A stretch of DNA of 63,885 nt, taken from the IMG/VR virus record IMGVR_UViG_3300027704_000010, one strand, 5' to 3'. The DNA comes from an uncultured virus (IMG/VR IMGVR_UViG_3300027704_000010) (lineage: Duplodnaviria > Heunggongvirae > Uroviricota > Caudoviricetes). The notes beneath the pieces were generated by a model. It did no database searches, had not been told where the DNA came from, and saw nothing but the letters and a program-made list of their open reading frames with translations. The translations under genes were made by a program, and so were the position numbers. This document shows, one piece after another, positions 20,527 through 30,200 of this stretch (position 1 is the stretch's first letter; every line of letters starts with the position of its first letter).

Positions 20527-22221
20527 ATGGCAACTTGGCGAAAATATTTTAATGCAACATCATCAAACGGAGGAATGCCTTCGAACATTGATGGGCAGTC
20601 AGCTGGACAATTTGGTGCGGCTCGGTTTAGCAGTTGGTTACCTGAAGTATATGCAGGCAGTCCTAACAGACTTATGCGTTATATTCAGTATGACCAAATG
20701 GACAACGACTTGGAGATCAATGCGGCACTAGATATTATTGCAGAATTTTGCTCACAAGATGACGAGTACACTAAACTACCATTCATATTCGAGTTTACAG
20801 AAGATCCTAGCGAAACAGAAATGAAAATTCTTAGCAAAACACTTGATCAATGGTGTAACAACAACGAGCTAAGAAGACGAGCTTTTAAAATGGTAAGGAA
20901 CACTCTTAAATACGGAGACCAGTTCTTTATTAGAGATCCAGAAACTTATAAACTATTTTGGGTTGACCCAGCAAACATTGAAAAGGTTGTTGTTAACGAA
21001 AGTGAAGGTAAGAAGATTGAAACTTACTTTATTAAAAACTTAGACGTTAACTTTGAACAAATGTCGGCAACAAGTGCCGCGGCATTACATGCCAGACCAT
21101 ATGGCGCAGGTGGCGGCATGATGGCAGGCGGCAATGTTGGAACTAGTGTTAGTAACTATTCGCCTATGGGCGGAGACCAAGGTGCTACAACAGGTAGTCC
21201 AGTTGATGCACAGCATGTAGTACATATTAGTTTAACAGAAGGCATGGATCATTCATGGCCCTTTGGCATTAGCGTATTAGAGCCAGTATTTAAAGTTTTT
21301 AAACAAAAAGAATTATTAGAAGATAGTATTATTATTTACAGAGTTCATAGAGCACCTGAAAGAAGAGTGTTTATGATTGACGTTGGTAATATGCCTCCTC
21401 ATAAAGCACAACAGTACTTAGAACGTGTTAAGTATGAAGTACAGCAAAAACGTGTACCTAACAAAAACAAAGACGGCAACAATGTTGCAGATGCGGCTTA
21501 CAATCCAATGAGTATGTTAGAAGATTACTTCTTTGCTCAAACGGCAGACGGTCGTGGTAGTAAAGTTGATACATTGCCTGGCGGTGAGAACTTAGGTCAA
21601 ATTGACGACTTAAAATACTTTAACAACAAACTGCTAAGAGGATTGAGAGTACCAAGTTCATATTTGCCTACTGGCCCAGATGATGGAACAGCGGCAACAA
21701 CTGACGGTAAAGTAGGCGTTGCATACATACAAGAATTTCAATTTGCTAAGTTTTGTCAAAGACTACAAAAGCAAATTATACGAACATTAGATAGAGAATT
21801 TAAAATGTTCTTAAACTATAAAGGCATTGAGCTTGATTCAAGTACATTTAAATTAGAATTAACAGTACCTCAAAACTTCAGTTCATACAGAGACTTGGAC
21901 ATGAACCTTCAAAGAGCACAGCTATTCGGCAGTTTAGAAGCAGTACCGTATTTAAGTCAGCAATTTAAACTTAAGAAGTACTTAGGCTTAACGCAAGAAG
22001 AGATGAAGGATAACGAGCATTATTGGAAGATGGAGAATAAATACAATACAGACGGCGCAGAAGATGTAGGCTTACGAAATGTAGGCGTTAGACCTGGCCC
22101 AAGTGCTCCGTTAGACATAATGGCACCGGTAGAAGACATACCAGCACCAATGGATGATGTAATGAGTCCAGATGTTAGCGGAATGGAACCTGGTTCAGAA
22201 ATACCAGATGGAAACTTATAA
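20527..22221 (+). CDS. gp20: portal vertex protein (T4 gp20-like)
   Basis: LEDSIIIYRVHRAPERRVFMIDVGNMP, MLEDYFF, LPGGENLGQIDD. Confidence 0.95.
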   Translation: MATWRKYFNATSSNGGMPSNIDGQSAGQFGAARFSSWLPEVYAGSPNRLMRYIQYDQMDNDLEINAALDIIAEFCSQDDEYTKLPFIFEFTEDPSETEMKILSKTLDQWCNNNELRRRAFKMVRNTLKYGDQFFIRDPETYKLFWVDPANIEKVVVNESEGKKIETYFIKNLDVNFEQMSATSAAALHARPYGAGGGMMAGGNVGTSVSNYSPMGGDQGATTGSPVDAQHVVHISLTEGMDHSWPFGISVLEPVFKVFKQKELLEDSIIIYRVHRAPERRVFMIDVGNMPPHKAQQYLERVKYEVQQKRVPNKNKDGNNVADAAYNPMSMLEDYFFAQTADGRGSKVDTLPGGENLGQIDDLKYFNNKLLRGLRVPSSYLPTGPDDGTAATTDGKVGVAYIQEFQFAKFCQRLQKQIIRTLDREFKMFLNYKGIELDSSTFKLELTVPQNFSSYRDLDMNLQRAQLFGSLEAVPYLSQQFKLKKYLGLTQEEMKDNEHYWKMENKYNTDGAEDVGLRNVGVRPGPSAPLDIMAPVEDIPAPMDDVMSPDVSGMEPGSEIPDGNL

Positions 22222-22424
22222 TGAGATTAACAGAATTTTACAATCCAGAAAATGACAGGTCAGTTGGCAGATCTCTTGACGATACTAGAAAAACTAAACT
22301 TACTTTAAAAACACTGAACAAGTTAAGAAAATATAGAGAAATTAAAAAGTCAGAGAATTTAGAACAGCGTGAATTTGCATCACTTATGTATGCCAAAGCC
22401 GCTGAAGCAACTCCGGAATTTTAA
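22221..22424 (+). CDS. small head-operon protein
   Basis: 67 aa coupled to portal; RKTKLTLKTLNKLRK. Confidence 0.65.
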   Translation: MRLTEFYNPENDRSVGRSLDDTRKTKLTLKTLNKLRKYREIKKSENLEQREFASLMYAKAAEATPEF

Positions 22425-23252
22425 ATGAAGCTAGCCGTTTGCGGTTGCTCATGGTCCTCAGTAGATCCACAGCATAAAGGAATCGAATTCGGTTCTTTAA
22501 TATCCTCACACATAAATGCAGAATATTACAACTTAGCTAAACCTGGTTGTAGTAACTTTGGCATTGCACTACAAGTAGACTATGCATTAAAACACTACGA
22601 TCCAGACGTGTTTATTATAAATGCTACAACAGTTACTAGAGAAGAAATCAAACTTAAAGACTCGCCACGTTACGATCCTGAAAAAGGCTGGGATAACGTA
22701 GATTTTAACCATGTGCTGATAGAGAAGTATAGGGACGAACATGCTCCCGGCTATGGCAAAGGATATGCTCCTACGATAATGATAGACAGTTACGGCAGTA
22801 TCTTTAATGAAGATATAGATAAGACTTTAGCAGACAATAACATAGTACAACGATACGAAAGAGCATTTACTAACAATAGTTTTGAAGCACTAAAAAAGCA
22901 TTTTTTGTACATATATGATGCTGATGTACAGAGACACAAACAGCAAATGATATTAACCTATGCCTTACAAAAATTGCAATTAAAAGGCAAAAAAGTTATA
23001 TTCTCACCCAACACATTTGACTGGGCAGAAGGATATGATATGGTGTCTAGGGATCCTTATGCTAAGGTATGCACTAAATGGGATATACCCAATACCATGC
23101 TACAGCAGAAAGGCATAGCAGATTATTTGTCAGTGTGCGATGACTTATGGGGCGGATGGGAAAATAGTCCAGGCACACAATATGACCACCACTTGCCGTT
23201 AGAAGCACACCAAGCCTATGTTGAAACACTAAAACCGTATTTAACAACGTAG
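22425..23252 (+). CDS. SGNH/GDSL-hydrolase-like protein
   Basis: VCGCSW, NLAKPGCSN, terminal DHHLPLEAH. Confidence 0.5.
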   Translation: MKLAVCGCSWSSVDPQHKGIEFGSLISSHINAEYYNLAKPGCSNFGIALQVDYALKHYDPDVFIINATTVTREEIKLKDSPRYDPEKGWDNVDFNHVLIEKYRDEHAPGYGKGYAPTIMIDSYGSIFNEDIDKTLADNNIVQRYERAFTNNSFEALKKHFLYIYDADVQRHKQQMILTYALQKLQLKGKKVIFSPNTFDWAEGYDMVSRDPYAKVCTKWDIPNTMLQQKGIADYLSVCDDLWGGWENSPGTQYDHHLPLEAHQAYVETLKPYLTT

Positions 23253-23458
23253 TTTTCTTAAACGTAGCAAAGTATAAATATTCTTTACATATACACTATA
23301 ATCACACATTTCATTCCAAATGGGCTTGTTTTAGCCTATAACTATTCAAAAACCCCACCACCGTATAAGTATTACACATATTAAGATGTAAATACAATTT
23401 TTGCTGTATAACAGCATAAAAAACATTCATTTTATACTATAATTATAGGAGCTCAATA

Positions 23459-24211
23459 ATGTCAGAACGCAATAAATTAGAACAAGTTCTCGAACTACTA
23501 CTTGCAGAAGATAACGAGCGTGCCGAAGAGCTACTTCACGAATATGTCGTTGAAACTGCTCGAGCCGAGTACGAGCGTATCTTAGACGAAGATGAAGTAG
23601 TCGAAACTGAAGAAACTGAAGAAGAAGCAGTTGAAGAGTCTGAGGAATCAGAAGAAGAAGCAGTTGAAGAAGCTATTGATGATAGCGATCCAGAAGCAGA
23701 TTTTGTTAGCGATGTAGCAGATACAGACGCTGGAATTGATGACGATGAGATTGGCGGATTCGGAAGCGAAGAAGAAGCTGGTGAAGAAGAAGATTTAGAA
23801 GACAAAGTCGACAGTTTAGAAGACGAACTTGAAGATTTAAGAGCTGAATTTGAAAAATTACTTTCAGGCGAAGAAGAAGGCGAAGGCGAAGAATTGCCAG
23901 TAGACATGGACATGGAAATGGACATGGAACAGCCAGAAGAAGAGTCAATTGAATATGATTTAGACGAGGAAGTTGAAGAAGACGAAGAAGTAGTTGAAGA
24001 AGCTACTAAATTGTCTGACACTGTAGCGGCACCAAAAGGTGGCGAAGCAGACAGCAAAGAATCCCCTTTAACTAAAAAGCCAAAAGCAACTGTAGTAACT
24101 GGAGCAGGAACACCTGTTAAAGCTAACGACGGCGGCGAAGGCAAAAAAGGCGAATCAGCTAAAGACCATACACCAACTGATAACATCAAGGTTTTGCCTA
24201 AAAAGGCATAA
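23459..24211 (+). CDS. acidic prohead core protein
   Basis: Extremely Glu/Asp-rich; sits before the prohead protease; AGGAG RBS. Confidence 0.65.
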   Translation: MSERNKLEQVLELLLAEDNERAEELLHEYVVETARAEYERILDEDEVVETEETEEEAVEESEESEEEAVEEAIDDSDPEADFVSDVADTDAGIDDDEIGGFGSEEEAGEEEDLEDKVDSLEDELEDLRAEFEKLLSGEEEGEGEELPVDMDMEMDMEQPEEESIEYDLDEEVEEDEEVVEEATKLSDTVAAPKGGEADSKESPLTKKPKATVVTGAGTPVKANDGGEGKKGESAKDHTPTDNIKVLPKKA

Positions 24212-24234
24212 CTGAACTTTAAGGTATATTAATA

Positions 24235-24861
24235 GTGCGTAAGTTATACGAATATATGAGTCCAGAAGCCAGTAAGATTCAATTACTTGAATCTAATGAC
24301 GGAAAGGATTTATTTATGGCTGGTTTATTCATCCAAGGCGATGTTAAAAATCAGAATGGCAGGGTTTATCCAAAAGATGAAATCCAACGTGCTGTTGAGA
24401 ACGTTACAGCAAGATTATCAACTGGTGAGACTGTGATGGGTGAGTTAGATCACCCAGAAGAGTTACAAATTAACCTAGACAGAGTTAGTCATATCATTAC
24501 AGAAATGCAATGTGATGGCAGTGATGGAATGGGTAAATTGAAAATTATCGATACACCGATGGGAAACATTGCAAGAGCTTTATTAAAAGCTGGTGCAAAG
24601 TTAGGAGTAAGTAGTAGAGGAAGTGGTAATGTTAATGAGTCAGGTCGTGTGTCTGATTTTGATATCATTACTGTTGATATTGTTGCTCAACCTTCGGCGC
24701 CCGATGCTTATCCAAAGACAATTTATGAGTCTTTGTTTAATATGGAAGGCGGTAGCATGTTACATGAGATCGCTAAAGACTATACACACGGAAACATTGG
24801 TGCTGAGAAGCATCTAACTAAACAAATCATTAATTTTATTAATGAATTAAAATTGAGGTAG
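24235..24861 (+). CDS. gp21: prohead core protease (gp21)
   Basis: NQNGRVYP, GELDHP, GVSSRGSG, DIVAQPSAPDA. Confidence 0.93.
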   Translation: MRKLYEYMSPEASKIQLLESNDGKDLFMAGLFIQGDVKNQNGRVYPKDEIQRAVENVTARLSTGETVMGELDHPEELQINLDRVSHIITEMQCDGSDGMGKLKIIDTPMGNIARALLKAGAKLGVSSRGSGNVNESGRVSDFDIITVDIVAQPSAPDAYPKTIYESLFNMEGGSMLHEIAKDYTHGNIGAEKHLTKQIINFINELKLR

Positions 24862-24870
24862 GAGACTACT

Positions 24871-25980
24871 ATGGCAGTAAATTTTGAGGACCTGATCGAG
24901 TCTAGTGATATTAACGAAGAAGTTCGTACAAGTATCGTTGAGGCATGGGAAAGTCGTCTTGCCGAAGCCAAAGAACAACTTACAGCAGAATTAAGAGAAG
25001 AGTTTGCTCAGAGATATGAGCATGACAAAGGTCTTATTGTTGAAGCAGTTGACGGTTTTATTCATCAGCGTATCGAAGCAGAAGTTGCCGAGATTGCTGA
25101 AGATAAAAAAGCTGTTGCTGGTGAAAGAGTTGCTTATAAAAAGGCTATCAGTGAACATAGCACAAAGCTAAACAAGTTTGTGTCTGAACAACTAGCAAAA
25201 GAGATTAAAGAGTTAAGAGCTGAACGTTCTAACGTTGCAGAACATGTAACTAAACTCGACGATTTTGTTGTTGAACAGCTGGCTGGAGAGCTTAAAGAAT
25301 TCCATTCAGACAAGCAGGAACTAGTAGAGCAAAAAGTGAAAATGATGAGAGAAGGCAAAAAACAACTTGCTGAATCAAAATCAGACTTCATTAAACGTGC
25401 CGCTGATACAGTTGAAAAAACAGTAAACGCTATTGTAAAAGAGAACGTTTCCAGTTTTAAAGACGATATTACCGCCGCAAGAGAAAACGATTTTGGTCGT
25501 AGAATATTTGAATCATTTGCAAATGAGTATCGTTCAAGTTACTTGAATGAAACCTCTGATGTAAAAGACTTACAGAAAGAAATCGCAGACGTTAAGAAAA
25601 CATTAGAAGAAACTAAAGCCCAAGCGGTAGCCACTGCTGAAGCAAAATCACTAGTTGAATCTAAGTTGAACGTAGCTAATGATTTAATGAATCGTAAAGA
25701 TGCATTAAGTGAGCTACTTAAACCTCTTAGCAAAAGCAAAAAAGAATTAATGGTAGATTTACTCGAAAGTGTAAAGACTGAGAACTTAGAGAAGCAATTC
25801 AATAAGTATCTCCCATCTGTTTTAGATGGAGAAGTTCCAGCAGTAGAGAGTAGGAAAGCAATTAATGAATCAGTTGTGTCAACACACACTGGTAATAAAA
25901 ACGTTCAGCCTTCATCGGAAGATGAACAGGACGTGGTTGAAATTAACCAAATCCGTAAATTAGCCGGACTTTCAAATTAG
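24871..25980 (+). CDS. gp22: prohead core scaffold (gp22-like)
   Basis: Long coiled coil between protease and capsid; ends IRKLAGL. Confidence 0.8.
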   Translation: MAVNFEDLIESSDINEEVRTSIVEAWESRLAEAKEQLTAELREEFAQRYEHDKGLIVEAVDGFIHQRIEAEVAEIAEDKKAVAGERVAYKKAISEHSTKLNKFVSEQLAKEIKELRAERSNVAEHVTKLDDFVVEQLAGELKEFHSDKQELVEQKVKMMREGKKQLAESKSDFIKRAADTVEKTVNAIVKENVSSFKDDITAARENDFGRRIFESFANEYRSSYLNETSDVKDLQKEIADVKKTLEETKAQAVATAEAKSLVESKLNVANDLMNRKDALSELLKPLSKSKKELMVDLLESVKTENLEKQFNKYLPSVLDGEVPAVESRKAINESVVSTHTGNKNVQPSSEDEQDVVEINQIRKLAGLSN

Positions 25981-25990
25981 GAGATAAGAA

Positions 25991-27130
25991 ATGGCAGAAT
26001 TATTTGAGAGCAATTGGTCAGCTACCAAAGACGCACTTTTAGAAGGACTTAACGGTTCTAGAAAGAGTACTTTGGACGTAGTCCTGGAAAACACTAAAAG
26101 ATATATTCAGGAATCAGCATCAAGTGGTGCTACACAGGCTGGCAACGTTGCTACATTAAACAAAGTAATGTTACCTCTAATCAGAAGGGTTATGCCTTCA
26201 GTTATAGCTAACGAACTTGTGGGCGTACAGCCTATGAGTGGCCCAGTTGGGCAAATCCACACACTAAGAACACGTTATGCCGAAGCGGCAACTGGCGTGA
26301 ACCCAGGTGATGAGGCTCTTAGCCCATTTAAGATTGCTAACGCTTACTCAGGAAATCCAGACGCTACTGCAAGTAGTGAAGGAACTGCTGGTAAGAAATT
26401 AAGCATCCAAATCTTAAAACAAACAGTTGAAGCAAAAACAAGACGTCTATCTGCAAGATGGACATTTGAAGCGGCACAAGATGCTGAATCAATGCATGGT
26501 CTTGATGTTGAAGCTGAAATTATGCAGGCATTGGCACAAGAAATCGTAGTAGAAATTGACCAAGAAATTATTGGTTCACTAAGATCTCTAGCTGGCGCAG
26601 GTACTACCCTAGACTTTAACGCAGTAACTGGCACACAGACTTACGTCGGTGACAGACATGCGGTATTGGCTATTGAGATCAATAGAGCGGCGAATAGAAT
26701 CGCGGCTAGAACTAGACGTGGCGCTGGTAACTATATTGTTGTTTCACCTGAAGCACTTACAATATTACAATCAGCATCTACTTCAACGTTCGCAAGAACT
26801 ACTGAAGGTTCATTCGAAGCACCTACTAACACTAAACTAGCTGGAGTCCTTAATGGCTCTATCAAAGTTTTTGTTGATAGTTATGCGGCTGATGGAACTA
26901 AAGTACTTGTTGGATACAAAGGTTCATCAGAAACTGATGCTCCTGCGTTCTATTGTCCTTACATCCCATTAATGTCAACAGGTCCAGTAATGGATCCAAG
27001 CACATTTGAACCAGTAGTTTCGTTCATGACCAGATATGGTTACATTGAACTTACTAACACTGCTTCATCTTTGGGTAACGCGGCAGACTACGTTGACGCA
27101 ATAACATTGTCAAACGTTGCATTCCAATAA
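25991..27130 (+). CDS. gp23: major capsid protein (gp23-like)
   Basis: LIRRVMP, GVQPMSGP, EAKTRRLSARWT, YCPYIPL, FMTRYG. Confidence 0.95.
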   Translation: MAELFESNWSATKDALLEGLNGSRKSTLDVVLENTKRYIQESASSGATQAGNVATLNKVMLPLIRRVMPSVIANELVGVQPMSGPVGQIHTLRTRYAEAATGVNPGDEALSPFKIANAYSGNPDATASSEGTAGKKLSIQILKQTVEAKTRRLSARWTFEAAQDAESMHGLDVEAEIMQALAQEIVVEIDQEIIGSLRSLAGAGTTLDFNAVTGTQTYVGDRHAVLAIEINRAANRIAARTRRGAGNYIVVSPEALTILQSASTSTFARTTEGSFEAPTNTKLAGVLNGSIKVFVDSYAADGTKVLVGYKGSSETDAPAFYCPYIPLMSTGPVMDPSTFEPVVSFMTRYGYIELTNTASSLGNAADYVDAITLSNVAFQ

Positions 27131-27161
27131 GATTTATCTTAAAGGTCTAAAGAAACAAATT

Positions 27162-27189
27162 AAAAGCACACTTAGGTGTGCTTTTTTTT
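27162..27189 (+). terminator. Rho-independent terminator after capsid gene
   Basis: AAAAGCACAC-TTAG-GTGTGCTTTTTTTT. Confidence 0.85.
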
Positions 27190-27263
27190 GACTTGAAAAA
27201 AATCCCGCAAGAAAGATAAATACAACTAAAGCAATTATTTAAATTTGTAGGATTTAGAATATA

Positions 27264-30200
27264 ATGACAAAACAATCGAATTTTAACCCAGAATCGGATC
27301 TGAAAGTAAAAGGTAGTTTATCCGTAGACACCCATTTGGCGGTCACAGGTAATACTGTAATAACAGGAACGTTACAAGTTACAGGCGATACAACTTATCT
27401 TTCAGACACAGTAACACTTAACAATGCAAATGGTTATGTAATTAACGCTGACGCTGATTCAGGCACAGCATTCTTAGACATGCGTACTAACGTAGCAGAC
27501 GCTAATGTGAGACTTGAATACGCTGGCGCAACTAACACCTTGCTAGTTAAAAATGATGATGGCACAGTTACTACACTGGGCGTAACAGGTGATGTCACAG
27601 CAAGTGCTACAATTACTGGTGCTACATTTACAGACGGCACAGCGACTATTACGGGCGGCGTAGGCACCGGTTTTACAAGTTTTACTTCAACAGAATTTGT
27701 TGGACACTTAACAGGACCAGTAACTGGTACAGCCACAATTGCAGACAAATTTACAAATGACAGAACATTAGCACTCACAGGTGATGTTGCAGGTAGTATT
27801 GCACTAGGACTTAATGCTACAAGTTCAGCACCAAGCATGAGTGTAACAATACAAGCAAATTCAGTTGCATTAGGAACAGATACAACGGGTAACTATGTTG
27901 CAACAATTACAGGCGGCACAGGTTTAACGTCTACTGTAGTTACAGGTGAAAGCGTAACTCCAACTATTAACTTAGATAACACGGCAGTTACTCCAGCAAC
28001 TTACGGAACAGCAGGATCAACAGGAACATTTACAGTTGACCAACAAGGCAGAATAACAAGCGGTGTAACAACACCTATAGTAATTACAGCATCACAAGTT
28101 TCTGACTTTACAACAGCCGCAGAACTACTTTTAAGTATCAGTGATGCAGGCGGAGACGGAAGTTTAGCATACAACAATACAACAGGTGTATTTACATACA
28201 CTGGCCCAAGTGCTTCAGAAGTAAGAGCACACTTAACAGCTGGAACAGGCTTAACAGTTACTAACGGTGAATTTGTACTAGATAATACAGCAGTAACAGG
28301 TGCAAGTTATGGTAGTGCAACAGCAATACCTACATTCACTGTAGATGCACAAGGCAGACTAACAGCGGCGGCAGATTTAAACATTGCAGTACCAAGCTCA
28401 CAGATTACAGATTTTGCAGAATCAGTTGACGACCAAGTTAATACACTATTAGTTGCGGGCACAAACTTAACCAAAGTTTACGATGATGCGGCAAATACAT
28501 TAACGTTGGATACTGGATCAACAGTTATATTAACTACTGGTAACCAAAGTTTAGCAGGCACTAAGACATTTACAGGCTCTGTGGACTTAACAGGAGCAAC
28601 TACAACGGTAGCAACACCTTCAGCTGATGCACATGTGTCAACGAAAAAATATGTAGATGACGAAATTGCAACTATTGTTGGTACAGCCGGAGCAACATTA
28701 GATACGCTAGGCGAAATTGCAACAGCATTAGGCAACGATGCCGCTCTTAATACAACATTAGTAAACTCTATAGCAACAAAACTTCCATTAGCAGGCGGAA
28801 CAATGTCCGGTGCTATTGCTATGAGTACAAATAAAATTACTGGATTAGGCACTCCTAGTGCAACAACAGATGCTACAACTAAGGCATACGTTGATACTGC
28901 AAATACACAGATGGAAGCGTATGTATTGCTAAAACAATCAATAGAACGAGGCCATACTAATACTACTACGGCATTGAAAGTTAATAGAGCAATTAGAGTA
29001 GATTCTCCTTCCATGAATTGGAAAAACTTATCTGACGCATCATATACAGCAAATAACAATATTAATTTAGAAACAGAAGTTGACGGGTTAGATGGCGGCA
29101 CACCAGGAGTAAGTTTTACACCAGTATTAAGTGGAACTGAACACGGTCTAATAACTATAGGCAAACAAGGCGGAATAACTCAGCAAATACAAGGTAACAA
29201 GGTCATATCAGGATCACTAAGGATTGCACCAGGTATAGATGTTAATAATGCCGCAAATGTCGATAACCAGGGTAGCGGTGTTTTAACAATTAACGGCAAT
29301 GTGGTTAACAGCAGTACAACACTTGTAACCGCAGGTAGCTTTGTAGTAGGCAACAAGTACACAATTGCAGTTGTAGGAACAACTAATTATACATTAGTTG
29401 GTGCCGCAAATAACACTGTAGGCACAGTCTTTATTGCAACAGGTGTTGGTGCAGGCACAGGTAGAGCAACACATCATAACAATCAATGGCTAACAAACGT
29501 AAACCATTCATTCTTTAAGCACACAATCGCCGTCGGCGAAAGTGCGTTATCCATCTTAGGTGGTAACATTTATTACAGTACTAAATCATCTGAAATTACA
29601 CCTTACTTAGTAAGCGATACTAGTGGTGCAGGATCAATATCAACAGCTAGTGGCATCGACACTACTAAGAAACTTGGCGTTGACCAAGCACATTTCCAAA
29701 CATTCGGTAACAGCACAATGTATATTGGTGATATTGGAAATGTAGCAACATATACAACAGTTCAATATGGTGGAAGTTCTTATACAACTGGCAATAGACC
29801 ATTAGAAAGATTAACAATTGACGGCGGTATAGTACTTGGAGCCAGACAAGCAGACGACTCTATTTTAGTTAACGGTACTGTTTTCTTTGACAATGACAGA
29901 CTTAAAACTGTAGAAGGCGGTATTATTAAAAACGTAACAACAGCAACAGTTGATACGGTTAATTATACAACAGGCACAGGCAGAATAGCAATAAATGATT
30001 ATCAAGGTGGTGAAAACTATCTTGCCGCTCTTGCACAAGGTACAGACATATCAATAACTAAAGTAAGTAATGTTGCGGCAAACGTTATTACTATTAGTTC
30101 AAATACATCAAGCATTGTTAATACAGCAAAAAGTTCTTTGAGTGCCACAGGTGCTAACATTAGTTACGATGGAGCAGGAGCATTTACAAGTACTGTAGGC

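Noticed and set aside
23536..24189. 217-aa Ser-rich antisense ORF
   Set aside because: Reverse complement of GAA-rich codons
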